NCBI GenBank assembly: GCA_003222385.1
Contig: QHVV01000113.1
Span: 1,352 to 65,351 of the forward strand
Reading direction: 5' to 3'
From: Acidobacteriota bacterium
Lineage (GTDB): Bacteria; Acidobacteriota; Thermoanaerobaculia; UBA5066; Gp7-AA6
Length of the DNA stretch: 64,000 nucleotides
Below the pieces are notes generated by a model, which saw only the letters and a list, made by a program, of their open reading frames with translations, searched no databases and had not been told where the DNA came from. Made by a program: the position numbers and the translations under genes. This document shows positions 45,967-56,726 of this stretch, piece by piece; positions within the stretch are counted from its first letter, which is position 1; each line of letters starts with the position of its first letter.

Positions 45967-48612
45967 ATGAGAAGGACTTTCGAAAGAGCCGCGACGGCGA
46001 TCGCGATGGCCGTCGTCTTAGCGGGGATGTTTGGGTGCTCCGCCGTGAAGAAGAGCAACCGCGTTTCCGCCGCGACGTCCTCTCCGGCGGTCGTGGCGAG
46101 CCCACCGGCCGGGACGACGTCCCCGGGTCAGCTCACCCAGGCCGCGTTCAACGAGGACGGGGACGGCGCCCGGATCGTCCTGTCGGCCGACGCGCCGCTC
46201 CTGTACACATCGTACGAGCCCCGACCCGACCTGCTGGTCGTCGAGATGCCCGGGGTTCGCGTCGCGGATGGGTTTACCGCTCCGCAAGCCTCCGGAACCG
46301 TCGTGCGGTCGGTCCGGGTCGAGACGCTGGACGAGCTCGGCAAGAGGATCACGCGCCTGACGGTCGAGCACCGAGCGGGTCTCAAGTACCAGCTGCAGTC
46401 GGTCGGACGCGGCCTCGCGGTGGCGTTCGAGAATCCTCGGGAAGCCGTCGCCGAAACGGTTCCGGCGCCCGTGCCGCCGCCCGTCATGACCGAGCCGATT
46501 CCGGCGCCGGCGCTGTCGCGCGCGGAACTCGCGCACTCGCTCGAGGAAGTCACGGCGGAATCGACCGGAGACGGCGTGACTGTCCGTCTTCTCGCCGATG
46601 GAACGCTCCAGGCGAAGGACTTCGTGCTCGCCAATCCCCCGCGCATCGTCATCGATCTGCCGGGAGTCAAGAGCTCGGTGCGCCGCCGCTCCCTCCCGGT
46701 CACCGGCGGACTGGTGAGCCGGGTTCGCGTTTCGCAGTTCCAATCGGCTCCCGAGCCGGTCGCCCGGATCGTCCTCGACCTCGTCCGCGCGACGCCGTAT
46801 TCGGTGCGCGCAGACGGCGAGAGGCTGTCGGTCGTCGTCGGCGGGACATCCGTTCCCGCAGTCGCTTCCGCCGAGCCTCAAGTGATCCCGGAACCGGCCC
46901 CCGCGCCGGTGCCTCTGCCGGCCGCAGCCGAGACCTCCCGCGCCCCGTCGCGGACCGAGATCGCGGCGGTCGCGGTCCCCGCGACGCCCGAGAAGCAGGC
47001 AGCCGCGCCGGTGACGACCGAGAAACAGAGGAGCGCGCCGGCCGCGGATTCGGGCGGAGTACCTGCACCCGCGCCGCCGCCTCTGCCGGCCGCGACGCAG
47101 CCACGCGCCTCGGCCGAGCCGGCGCCCACAGCGGCCGTGCCGCCGTCGTCCGCGACGCCGCCCGCTTCCACCCCCGCGGTCGGGACGAGCCCGGAGAACC
47201 CGCAGCCGGCCGTCAAGAAGACCGCGCCGGCGACGCTGCCTCCCGGCATCCGGGAAGCCCGCCGTTCCCGCGCGCGCGAAGCGGAGAAGCCGACGGCGCG
47301 GGAGGACGCCCTCTTCGAGGCGGCCACGGCTGTGCTGGCCCAGCAGGAGGCGACGCAGCCCGGGAGGGAGCTCTCCGCCTTCCAGTCTCGGACACTCGCG
47401 GAGGGTCAATCGCAGTTCACGGGCGAGCCGATCTCTCTCGACTTGAAGGACGCCGACATCAAGGACGTCTTTCGCACGATCTCGCAATTCACCGGGCTGA
47501 ACATCGTCATCGATCCGGACGTCAAGGGCACCGTCACCGTCCAGCTCGAGAACGTTCCCTGGGACCAGGCCCTCGACCTGATCCTGAAGCAGAACAACCT
47601 CGGTTACGTGCTCGAAAACAACATCATGCGGATCGCGACGACCGAGAAGCTCCGGATCGAGGAGGCCGACCGGGCGCGGCTCGCGGAGGCGCGTCAGGCC
47701 GCGGAGCCCACCCGCACGGTCATCAAGAAGCTGTCTTACGCGCGCGCCGCCGAGATCATTCCGGTTCTGAAGAGCATCATGTCGCGTCGCGGCGACATCG
47801 TGGTCGACCCGCGGACGAACACCCTCATCATCCGCGAGATCCCGACTTTCCTGCCGGCCGTATTGCAGCTGATCGACAACCTGGACACGGCGACACCGCA
47901 GGTCATGATCGAGGCGCGGATCGTCGAGACCACGAAGACGCTCGGCCGCAGCCTCGGCATCAACTGGGGCTTCAACGGAGCCGCCGACGTCGCGCATGGA
48001 AACGAAACGAACCTCGTCTTCCCGAACAACCTCGACGGCGGCTTCCGGGTCGGCCTCGAGCAGGGGCCGGTCATCGGGCACATCCGGCTCGGGAACATCC
48101 TGGACACCTTCAATCTGGACGTCTCGCTCACGGCCGCCGAAAACCAGGGCCTGCTCAAGATCATCTCCTCGCCCAAGCTCGCCGCATTGACCAACACGCA
48201 GGCCCTCATCCAGTCCGGCGTGCAGATCCCGGTTCAGACGACCGTCAACAACACCACGACGGTCATCTACGTCGACGCGACCCTGCGGCTCGAAGTGACG
48301 CCGCAGATCACGGCCGAGGGCACGATCCTCTTGAACGTCATCGTTCAGAAACGTGAGCCGGCAGTCGCGTTGAACCTCGCTCTCGGCAACAACGTTCCGC
48401 TGACGATTCGCGAGTACCGCGGTCAGGTGCTCGTGCGGGATGGAGGCACCACCGTCATCGGAGGGATCTTCCAGATCAACGATCAGGATCAGAACAACAT
48501 GATCCCCGGACTGTGGAAGATCCCGATTCTCGGGAGCCTCTTCCGCAACAAGACGAGAACCGAAAAGCACGACGAGCTGCTCATCTTCCTGACCCCACGG
48601 ATCCTTCGGTGA
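45967..48612 (+). CDS. pilQ: type IV pilus secretin PilQ (with N-terminal AMIN domains and Pro/Ala-rich linker)
   Basis: C-terminal secretin domain ...IMRIATTEKL...PQVMIEARIVETT...GINWGF...QALIQSGVQIPVQTT...IPILGSLFRNK...LLIFLTPRI... Lipoprotein-type signal peptide (AGMFGCS) follows ATG 45967. The track ORF starts at 45922. Confidence 0.9.
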   Translation: MRRTFERAATAIAMAVVLAGMFGCSAVKKSNRVSAATSSPAVVASPPAGTTSPGQLTQAAFNEDGDGARIVLSADAPLLYTSYEPRPDLLVVEMPGVRVADGFTAPQASGTVVRSVRVETLDELGKRITRLTVEHRAGLKYQLQSVGRGLAVAFENPREAVAETVPAPVPPPVMTEPIPAPALSRAELAHSLEEVTAESTGDGVTVRLLADGTLQAKDFVLANPPRIVIDLPGVKSSVRRRSLPVTGGLVSRVRVSQFQSAPEPVARIVLDLVRATPYSVRADGERLSVVVGGTSVPAVASAEPQVIPEPAPAPVPLPAAAETSRAPSRTEIAAVAVPATPEKQAAAPVTTEKQRSAPAADSGGVPAPAPPPLPAATQPRASAEPAPTAAVPPSSATPPASTPAVGTSPENPQPAVKKTAPATLPPGIREARRSRAREAEKPTAREDALFEAATAVLAQQEATQPGRELSAFQSRTLAEGQSQFTGEPISLDLKDADIKDVFRTISQFTGLNIVIDPDVKGTVTVQLENVPWDQALDLILKQNNLGYVLENNIMRIATTEKLRIEEADRARLAEARQAAEPTRTVIKKLSYARAAEIIPVLKSIMSRRGDIVVDPRTNTLIIREIPTFLPAVLQLIDNLDTATPQVMIEARIVETTKTLGRSLGINWGFNGAADVAHGNETNLVFPNNLDGGFRVGLEQGPVIGHIRLGNILDTFNLDVSLTAAENQGLLKIISSPKLAALTNTQALIQSGVQIPVQTTVNNTTTVIYVDATLRLEVTPQITAEGTILLNVIVQKREPAVALNLALGNNVPLTIREYRGQVLVRDGGTTVIGGIFQINDQDQNNMIPGLWKIPILGSLFRNKTRTEKHDELLIFLTPRILR

Positions 48613-48628
48613 AGAAAGAGGACAAGTC

Positions 48629-49186
48629 ATGAAAACGAAAATTCTGATCGCGGTCGCCGTTCTCGTCATCGGCGCCGCGCCCGCGTGTACGAACAAAGAA
48701 GGGGAGAGCGAGTCGCCCGTCTTCATCACGGTGTCGATCGACCTCCAGCCCGGGTTCGTCGACGTGTCCACTCCGGCGCCGGTTCAGATCTCCACGATCG
48801 TGCTGGCGAGCCACCTGAAGAACGCGACAGCCAGCGACCCGCTGGGTTTCGCCAACACGCAGATCAACAGCTATACGGTGCGGTTCCGCCGCACCGACGG
48901 CGGAACGATCGTGCCTTCCACCAAGACCTTCGGTACGGGGGTCCTCGTTCCCTCGGGCGGCACGGCGACGCTCAGCAACTTTCCGATCCTGGACGCCTCC
49001 GATCTCCAGCAGTCGCCGTTCGATCAGCTTCTACCCTTCAACGGAGGGGTGGATCGGGAGACCGGACGAAATTCGATCCAGATGACGTTCGACCTCACCT
49101 TCTACGGCCAGACGGTTTCGGGACACCGGGTTCAGAGTCAGACAGCGTCGGGAATCCTCCTGTTCTCGTGCGCCGGATGTTTCTAG
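48629..49186 (+). CDS. lipoprotein, hypothetical (pil-operon associated)
   Basis: Signal peptide plus lipobox (VIGAAPAC). 185 aa, beta-rich, no family assigned. Confidence 0.6.
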   Translation: MKTKILIAVAVLVIGAAPACTNKEGESESPVFITVSIDLQPGFVDVSTPAPVQISTIVLASHLKNATASDPLGFANTQINSYTVRFRRTDGGTIVPSTKTFGTGVLVPSGGTATLSNFPILDASDLQQSPFDQLLPFNGGVDRETGRNSIQMTFDLTFYGQTVSGHRVQSQTASGILLFSCAGCF

Positions 49187-49217
49187 AGATCGCGAGCAGG
49201 ACATAACGGAGGCCTTC

Positions 49218-51314
49218 ATGCGCCGGATCGCCATCACTCTGACCGTTCTCGCGTTCGTCGCGGGCGCCTTCGGCTGCTCGTCCGACGCGCCGACGCCTCC
49301 CAAGCCCGGCGGAGGCCCCGGCGGCGGGCCGACCGGAACGAGCGCGCTGCAGATCCGGTTGTTCACCAGCAATCCGAACCCGCCCGCCGGGACGTGCACG
49401 CTCATCCAGGCGATCGTGACGCTGAACGGCTCGCCGGTCGCCGACGGGACGGGCGTGTCCTTTTCCACCGATTTCGGCGTTTTCGCCCAGAACTCGCTGC
49501 CCCTGATCTCCGTCGTAACCCAGAACGGCGCGGCCCTGACCGCGCTCTGTTCGGAGTTTCCCGGAACGGCGGTCGTGCGCGCCTCGGCGACGTCGAACGG
49601 GCAGACCGGTTCCGCCACGATCACCATCGTGTTCCAGTCGGCGGCCGCCGGCGCCGGACCCTTCGTGTCCTTCTGCGATCCGAGCTTCGGGCCTTCGACC
49701 GGCGGAACCGCGCTCACCATTCACGGGGGCCGTTTCTGCGCCACCAGCGGCTGTACCGGCAGTGAGGCCTCGACGACTCGCGTGACTTTCATCGTCAACG
49801 GGGTCGCCCGGGAGGCCACGGTCACCGGCGTCACGAATACCACGATCTCGCTCCTGACACCCGGCTTCCCCGAAGTGACGTCTCCGACCACCCCGGTCGA
49901 GATCCGCGTGACCTTGAACAACAACACCGCGACTCCAACCGTGCTGACCCTGCCGAACTGCTTCGCCTTCGGCACGACGACGTCAGCGACTCCCACCATC
50001 ACCGCGGTCCTTCCGTCGTCCGGGACCAACGAGGGGAACACGCGGGTGACGATCATCGGCGCGGGGTTCCAGGCTCCGGTCCAGGTCTTCTTCGGCGGAG
50101 TCGAAGCGACCGTCGTCTCGGTTTCGTTCAACCAGATCGTGGTCCTGACGCCCGCCGCGTTCGGAGCGGGCCGGGACAACCTGAATCAGACGGTAGACGT
50201 CCGCGTCCGCAACGTCACCTCGGGGGTGGATGCGGTGCTCGCCTCCGGCTACCGGTACGTGCAGCCACTTCAGCTGATCGCAATCTCTCCGACCGAGGAG
50301 CGTCTCGATCAGGCGCTCACTCCGGTCACCATTTTCGGTCACGGCTTCCAGGCGCCTGTGGCGGTAACAATCGCCGGGAGACCAGCGACTGTGATCTCCG
50401 TTTCCGAGAGTGAGCTGGTAGCGCTGCCGGGCCGGCCTCTGGGCGGTCAATGTTCCAGCGTTCCGGGGGGTGTCACGGTGACGAACATCAATACCGGCGA
50501 CACCGCGACAGGCCTGTCGTTCACCCTTCTCGGTGTTCAGCCGACGATCACCCTTGTCTCGCCCAATGCCGGGATTCCCGGAACGAGCGTGACGATCACG
50601 GGCACAAACCTTCCGAGTCGTATCGAGGATGCGCGCGTTCTCTTTGGAAACGAAGTGGCTACGGTCAGCTCCGCATCGGTAACCGGAACACAGCTGGTCG
50701 TTGCAGCGCCGAGTCAACCGACACTGGTCAGCCCCCCGTGTCTCCCGGGTAATCCGACTGGAACCCTCCAGCCCGTGGGATCGCCTCTGGAACTCAGAGT
50801 AATAAACGTACTCACAAACTGTTTCTTCGCCAGCACGTTCCAGTATCAGCTCCCCTGCGTGGTGCCAACCCCCACCCCGACGGCGACCTTGGCAACACCG
50901 ACTCCGACGCCAACGCCGACGCCTCCGCCCGCGGACCTGGCGGTGACGAAGTCCGACTCGCCGGATCCGGTCTCGACCGGCGGCGTCCTGACTTACACCG
51001 TGGTTGTGTCGAACAATGGCCCGGCCACGGCGGCCAACGTCACCATGACCGATCCTCTCCCGCCCGGCACGACCTTCGCCTCCTGTGCGATCAGCCTCGG
51101 AACCTGCAGCGGGCCGACCGTGGGAACCAATGGAACGGTGTCGGCCGACATTGGTACGCTGGGGCCGCTCGGATCCGTGACCGTGACGATCATGGTCAAC
51201 GTTTCGGCCGGCGCGGGTACGACGATCCCGAACACGGCGACGGTCACGTCGTCGACTCCGGATTCGAACCTGACGAACAACAGCTCCACGGCGGCGACGA
51301 CCGTCGGCCCGTGA
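49218..51314 (+). CDS. lipoprotein with multiple IPT/TIG (Ig-like) domains and C-terminal DUF11 domain
   Basis: Lipobox (AGAFGCS). Repeated ...ISPT.G...GGT.VTI.G.GF.. IPT-like units. C-terminal ...ADLAVTKSDSPDPVSTGGVLTYTVVVSNNGPATAANVTMTDPLP...NTATV... is DUF11-like. Confidence 0.75.
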   Translation: MRRIAITLTVLAFVAGAFGCSSDAPTPPKPGGGPGGGPTGTSALQIRLFTSNPNPPAGTCTLIQAIVTLNGSPVADGTGVSFSTDFGVFAQNSLPLISVVTQNGAALTALCSEFPGTAVVRASATSNGQTGSATITIVFQSAAAGAGPFVSFCDPSFGPSTGGTALTIHGGRFCATSGCTGSEASTTRVTFIVNGVAREATVTGVTNTTISLLTPGFPEVTSPTTPVEIRVTLNNNTATPTVLTLPNCFAFGTTTSATPTITAVLPSSGTNEGNTRVTIIGAGFQAPVQVFFGGVEATVVSVSFNQIVVLTPAAFGAGRDNLNQTVDVRVRNVTSGVDAVLASGYRYVQPLQLIAISPTEERLDQALTPVTIFGHGFQAPVAVTIAGRPATVISVSESELVALPGRPLGGQCSSVPGGVTVTNINTGDTATGLSFTLLGVQPTITLVSPNAGIPGTSVTITGTNLPSRIEDARVLFGNEVATVSSASVTGTQLVVAAPSQPTLVSPPCLPGNPTGTLQPVGSPLELRVINVLTNCFFASTFQYQLPCVVPTPTPTATLATPTPTPTPTPPPADLAVTKSDSPDPVSTGGVLTYTVVVSNNGPATAANVTMTDPLPPGTTFASCAISLGTCSGPTVGTNGTVSADIGTLGPLGSVTVTIMVNVSAGAGTTIPNTATVTSSTPDSNLTNNSSTAATTVGP

Positions 51315-51372
51315 ACCGTTTTTTCCCGGCGACTCCTGCCGCCCCCTTCGGGGGGCGGCTTCGTTTGGTGCC

Positions 51373-52497
51373 GTGATGGCGGACGCGGAAGCCCGCATCC
51401 AGGAGCTCAAGGAACGCGTCGCGCGGGCGCCCGGGTCGAGATTCTTCGTCCCTCTGGCCGAGGAGTACCGAAAGGCGGGTCGGCTGGCGGAGTCGATCGC
51501 CGCGCTGGAAGACGGCCTGGTCGCGCAGCCCGGATACGTCGCTGCGCGCATCTCGCTCGCCCGGTCCTACCTGGAGGCGGGCAAAGTTGAAGAGTCGATG
51601 AGGGCGTTTTCGAAAGCTCTCGCCGACGATCCCTCGAACCTCGTGGCCGCAAAGGCTCTGGGCGACCTGCACCTTTCCCGCGGAGAGTCGCTCGAGGCTT
51701 TGAAACGTTATCGGCTCTATCGGGGGGTTTCGGGCGATGGTCGGATCGACCGTGTCATCGCGGAGCTCGAGTCCAAAGTTTCCCCGGCGCCGGTCCGGCC
51801 TCCCGTCGAAGTCTCGGTTCCACCTCCTCCCGCTTTCCCGGTGCCCCAGGTCGAGCCGCTTTCCGTCGACGAGGTTCCCGTCGCGCTCGCCGAACCCTTC
51901 GTTCCGCCGGGATATAAGCCGGTCGCCCGGCCGGCCAGGGAGACCGACCCCCACGACATTTCGGGGGTCGAATACGAGCGGCCGTCGATCGCTCCCGGCT
52001 CCACTGCTCCGCGGCTGACGCCCGGAGTTCCTTCACGCGACCTGCCGCTCGAGGCGATCGCGTCGGCGCGACGCGAGGACGACGAGATCGTGACTCGAAA
52101 GATCCGCCTTCCGGAGGCGAACTGGCCGTTCGAAGCCGCGGCGCCGGCCACTCTCCTGCCGCCGCCGCCGCCGCCGCCGGTGCCGAAGGAATCCGATCCG
52201 GTTGCCGCGGAGGCCCCTCCCGATCCTCTGCGGGAGGGGAGGACGCTCGCCGACCTGTACCTCCAGCAGGGCCACTATGCGGACGCGCGGGACCTCTACG
52301 ACGGGCTCTTGACCGCCGCGCCCGGCGACGGCGAGCTTCGGCGCCTTCGCGACGAAGCGGCGCGCCAGGCCATCACGGTGCGCCCTCCTGCTCTTCCCGA
52401 CGCGAACCCCGCCCGGGAGCGGCGGCTCGCGAAGATCCGGGTCTTGAACGAGTGGCTCGCGATGCTCCAGAAGCGGTCGGAGACCGGCAACCCGTAG
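51373..52497 (+). CDS. TPR-repeat protein with Pro-rich linker
   Basis: The N-terminal 130 aa fit TPR helices (..YRKAGRLAESIAALEDGL...YVAARISLARSYLEAGKVEESMRAFSKAL..). A proline-rich spacer follows, then a C-terminal TPR (..LADLYLQQGHYADARDLYDGLL..). Confidence 0.7.
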   Translation: MMADAEARIQELKERVARAPGSRFFVPLAEEYRKAGRLAESIAALEDGLVAQPGYVAARISLARSYLEAGKVEESMRAFSKALADDPSNLVAAKALGDLHLSRGESLEALKRYRLYRGVSGDGRIDRVIAELESKVSPAPVRPPVEVSVPPPPAFPVPQVEPLSVDEVPVALAEPFVPPGYKPVARPARETDPHDISGVEYERPSIAPGSTAPRLTPGVPSRDLPLEAIASARREDDEIVTRKIRLPEANWPFEAAAPATLLPPPPPPPVPKESDPVAAEAPPDPLREGRTLADLYLQQGHYADARDLYDGLLTAAPGDGELRRLRDEAARQAITVRPPALPDANPARERRLAKIRVLNEWLAMLQKRSETGNP

Positions 52498-52513
52498 CGG
52501 GAGCAGTTCCGGG

Positions 52514-52876
52514 ATGAACATCTTCGGAAAAGCGCTCGCGAAGATCGCCGAAGCCGTCGAGGGAACGCGCGCCGTCTCCCTGGTCGGCGCGGACGGCATC
52601 CCGATCGAGACCTGGGGCTCACCGCAAAGCCTTTCCATCGAGACGGTTGCGGCCGAGATGAGCTCTCTTCTGCAGGCTGCGCGCCGGTCGTCGGCCACCT
52701 CGACCTCCGGAGAACTGCGCGAGATCGCGACCGTCACGGACGGCGGGATCTCGATCCTTTCGAGGGTGACCGGGGAGTATTATCTGCTGCTACTGTTGGC
52801 CCGGGAGGGCAACCTCGGGCGCGGCCGCTTCGAGCTGCGCAAGGCCGCAGCGGCCCTCGAAAAGGAGCTTCTCTAG
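52514..52876 (+). CDS. Roadblock/LC7 domain protein (MglB-like)
   Basis: 120 aa: ...[16 protein letters not shown]...[28 protein letters not shown]... fits the Roadblock/LC7 fold signature. Confidence 0.7.
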   Translation: MNIFGKALAKIAEAVEGTRAVSLVGADGIPIETWGSPQSLSIETVAAEMSSLLQAARRSSATSTSGELREIATVTDGGISILSRVTGEYYLLLLLAREGNLGRGRFELRKAAAALEKELL

Positions 52877-52879
52877 ACG

Positions 52880-53338
52880 ATGCTCTCTCTCAAGGAAATC
52901 AAGGAGTTGATCGACCTCGTCTCCGAGCGGGGGCTGGCGGGCCTGGAGATCGAACGGGCCGGGTTCCGCCTGCGGATCGAAGGGGGGCGTTCATCCATCT
53001 CGAACGGTCTCGCGGAAGGCGTTTCCGCCCCCGCGGCCGCGGTCCCTCCGGCCTCGCCCGGCTCCGCGGCGCAGCCCGCCGCGGAAGCGGAGGACGTCCA
53101 CGTGATCACGTCCCCGATCGTGGGGACTTTCTACCGCGCGCCGTCTCCGGAGGCGGAATCCTTCGCGGAGGTGGGTTCCCGCGTCTCGAAGGGCAAGGTC
53201 CTCTGCATCATCGAGTCGATGAAGCTCATGAACGAGATCGAGTCGGACGTCGAGGGGGAAATCGTCGCGGTCTACGCGCGCAACGGCCAGCCGGTCGAGT
53301 ACGGGGAGAAGCTCTTCGGGATTCGACTGGCGGCCTGA
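52880..53338 (+). CDS. accB: acetyl-CoA carboxylase biotin carboxyl carrier protein
   Basis: ...[53 protein letters not shown]..., with biotinyl-lysine motif (E)SMKLMNEI. Confidence 0.9.
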   Translation: MLSLKEIKELIDLVSERGLAGLEIERAGFRLRIEGGRSSISNGLAEGVSAPAAAVPPASPGSAAQPAAEAEDVHVITSPIVGTFYRAPSPEAESFAEVGSRVSKGKVLCIIESMKLMNEIESDVEGEIVAVYARNGQPVEYGEKLFGIRLAA

Positions 53339-53346
53339 CGGGCCGT

Positions 53347-54690
<1,344 letters not shown>

Positions 54691-54706
54691 ACCCGGTTCG
54701 AGCTTC

Positions 54707-55867
54707 TTGAATCTCCGACTCCCTCCGATCTACGCCATCACCCCGGGCACCGCCCGAGGAGGCGAAGAAGTGGTCGAGATGGCGGCCCGGCTCTTCGAAG
54801 CGGGAATCCGCGTTCTCCAGGTTCGCGAGAAGCAGCTGCCGGACCGGGATCTGCTCCGGACCGTGGAGGGCGCGGATTTGCTGGCGCGAGAATTCGGCGC
54901 CACGGTTATCGTCGACGACCGCGTCGACGTCGCGCGAATCGCGGCGCTCGGCGTCCATCTGGGCGGGAACGACCTGCCCTCGAGGATCGCCCGGGAGCTG
55001 CTGCCCGCCGACGCGCCGGTCGGCGTTTCGACGCACGACCTCGCCGCGGCCCGGGCCGCCTTTTCCGACGCGTCCTGCGACTACGTGGCGTTCGGGCCGG
55101 TCTTCGAGAGCTCCACGAAGCCGGGCCGACCGCCGCGGGGAGTGGAAGCCCTGGCGCAGGTCGCGCGCGAGAAGACGAAGCCGCTCGTGGCCGTCGGCGG
55201 GATCACCGAGGAGAGCCTCGATCCGGTCTTCGACGCCGGCGCCGACTCCGCGGCGATCGTGGGCGCGCTCGCTCAGGGTGGGTTCCTGACCCGGAATGCA
55301 AGGCGCCTTCTGGATCACGCGCGGCGTCGCGATCCTCCCGGCCGGGTCTACCTGGTCGGGTTCATGGGCAGCGGCAAGACGGCGATCGGCCGCCGCATCT
55401 CCGAGCGACTGCGCTTTCCCTTCGTCGACCTCGACTCGGAAATCGAGAGAACCTCCGGACTCACGGTCCGGGCCCTTTTCGAGGCGCTGGGCGAGCCCGC
55501 GTTCCGCGAGCGCGAGTCGGCTTTTCTCGACGGGACCGAAGCTCTTCCCGCCGCCGTGGTGTCGACGGGCGGCGGCTCGTTCGTCTCCGAGCGCAACCGC
55601 GCGGCGATCGCGCGCCTCGGATTGCCCGTCTTTCTCGACATTCCGTTCGACGCAGTGCGCGAACGCCTGGTGGAAAAGGGGGATCGCCCTCTTTTCACGA
55701 GCGTGGAACAGGCGGCCCGGCTCTTCGCCGAGCGCGCCCCGTTCTATAAAATGGCCCCCGTTCGGGTCGCGCTCACCGGCCGCGAGTCGATCGAAGAGTC
55801 CACTGACAAAGTGCTCTCCGCCGTCTACGACCGGCGGGAGCTGGGAGGTCCCAGGCTCGAGAGCTGA
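54707..55867 (+). CDS. thiamine-phosphate synthase (ThiE-like) - shikimate kinase (AroK) fusion protein
   Basis: One continuous ORF. N-terminal ~215 aa ...IYAITPG...RVLQVREKQL...VIVDDRVDVARIAALGVHLGGNDL...VGVSTHDL...DYVAFGPVFESSTKPG...PLVAVGGIT... is ThiE/TenI-like. C-terminal ~175 aa RVYLVGFMGSGKTAIGRRISERLRFPFVDLDSEIE...VVSTGGGSFV... is shikimate kinase (P-loop plus LID). The track ORF starts at 54641. Confidence 0.8.
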   Translation: MNLRLPPIYAITPGTARGGEEVVEMAARLFEAGIRVLQVREKQLPDRDLLRTVEGADLLAREFGATVIVDDRVDVARIAALGVHLGGNDLPSRIARELLPADAPVGVSTHDLAAARAAFSDASCDYVAFGPVFESSTKPGRPPRGVEALAQVAREKTKPLVAVGGITEESLDPVFDAGADSAAIVGALAQGGFLTRNARRLLDHARRRDPPGRVYLVGFMGSGKTAIGRRISERLRFPFVDLDSEIERTSGLTVRALFEALGEPAFRERESAFLDGTEALPAAVVSTGGGSFVSERNRAAIARLGLPVFLDIPFDAVRERLVEKGDRPLFTSVEQAARLFAERAPFYKMAPVRVALTGRESIEESTDKVLSAVYDRRELGGPRLES

Positions 55868-55927
55868 GCCCGCGCCGTGCGGCGGCAGGCCGTTCTTCGG
55901 TTCGGGTCCGGCGGAGAGCTCTCTCAA

Positions 55928-56671
55928 ATGCGTTATCTCATCCTTTCCGACATCCACTCGAACGATCCCGCGTTTTCGGCGGTGCTCGACCGCGTGCAGC
56001 GCAAGAAGCACGACCGGGTCGTGATCCTGGGCGACTTCGTCGGATACGGCGCGGAACCGAACGAAGTGATCGATCGGGTCCGGAAGATGCGCAAGCGAAA
56101 GGCGATGATCCGAGGGAACCACGACAAGGTCGTCTGCGGCCTCGATTCCGGAGAGCTCTTCAATCCCGTCGCCTTGAAAGCGGCCCGCTGGACCACGGAG
56201 CGGCTTTCGGAGGCGAGCCGGCGGTTTCTCGAGGAGCTGCCGATCGGGCCGATCGAGGTCGACGAAGCATTCGTCATCTGCCATGGCTCGCCCCGCGACG
56301 AGGACGCGTACATCTTCTCGGACTACGACGCCTATTTGAACTTCACTTTTTCCGACGCGAACGTCTGTTTCTTCGGGCACAGCCACATTCCGTCGGTCTT
56401 CTCTCTCGAGCCGCACGGGATTCGGGTGGACGTCGTGCGGGGAGACCGGGTCCGGATGCGTTTGAAGCGCGACTGCCGGTATCTGATCAATCCCGGTTCG
56501 ATCGGACGGCCTCGGGATCGAAACCCGGCCGCGGCCTTCGCCGTCTACGACAGCGCCGAACGGGTCGTGACCTTCGAACGGGTCCGATACGACGTCGAAG
56601 AAGCGCGCGAGAGGATCCATCGGGCGGGACTTCCGGGGATGCTCGGAGATCGGCTGTTGATCGGGGCCTAG
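55928..56671 (+). CDS. metallophosphoesterase (calcineurin-like, YfcE-type)
   Basis: MRYLILSDIHSN...VVILGDFVGYGAEPNEV...GNHD...GHSHIP..., the canonical MPP motifs. The track ORF starts at 55877. Confidence 0.8.
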   Translation: MRYLILSDIHSNDPAFSAVLDRVQRKKHDRVVILGDFVGYGAEPNEVIDRVRKMRKRKAMIRGNHDKVVCGLDSGELFNPVALKAARWTTERLSEASRRFLEELPIGPIEVDEAFVICHGSPRDEDAYIFSDYDAYLNFTFSDANVCFFGHSHIPSVFSLEPHGIRVDVVRGDRVRMRLKRDCRYLINPGSIGRPRDRNPAAAFAVYDSAERVVTFERVRYDVEEARERIHRAGLPGMLGDRLLIGA

Positions 56672-56726
56672 CCGCGCTTTCGTATAATTCCCGCGCTTTC
56701 CCCGGTTGAACAGAAGGGACGCGACC

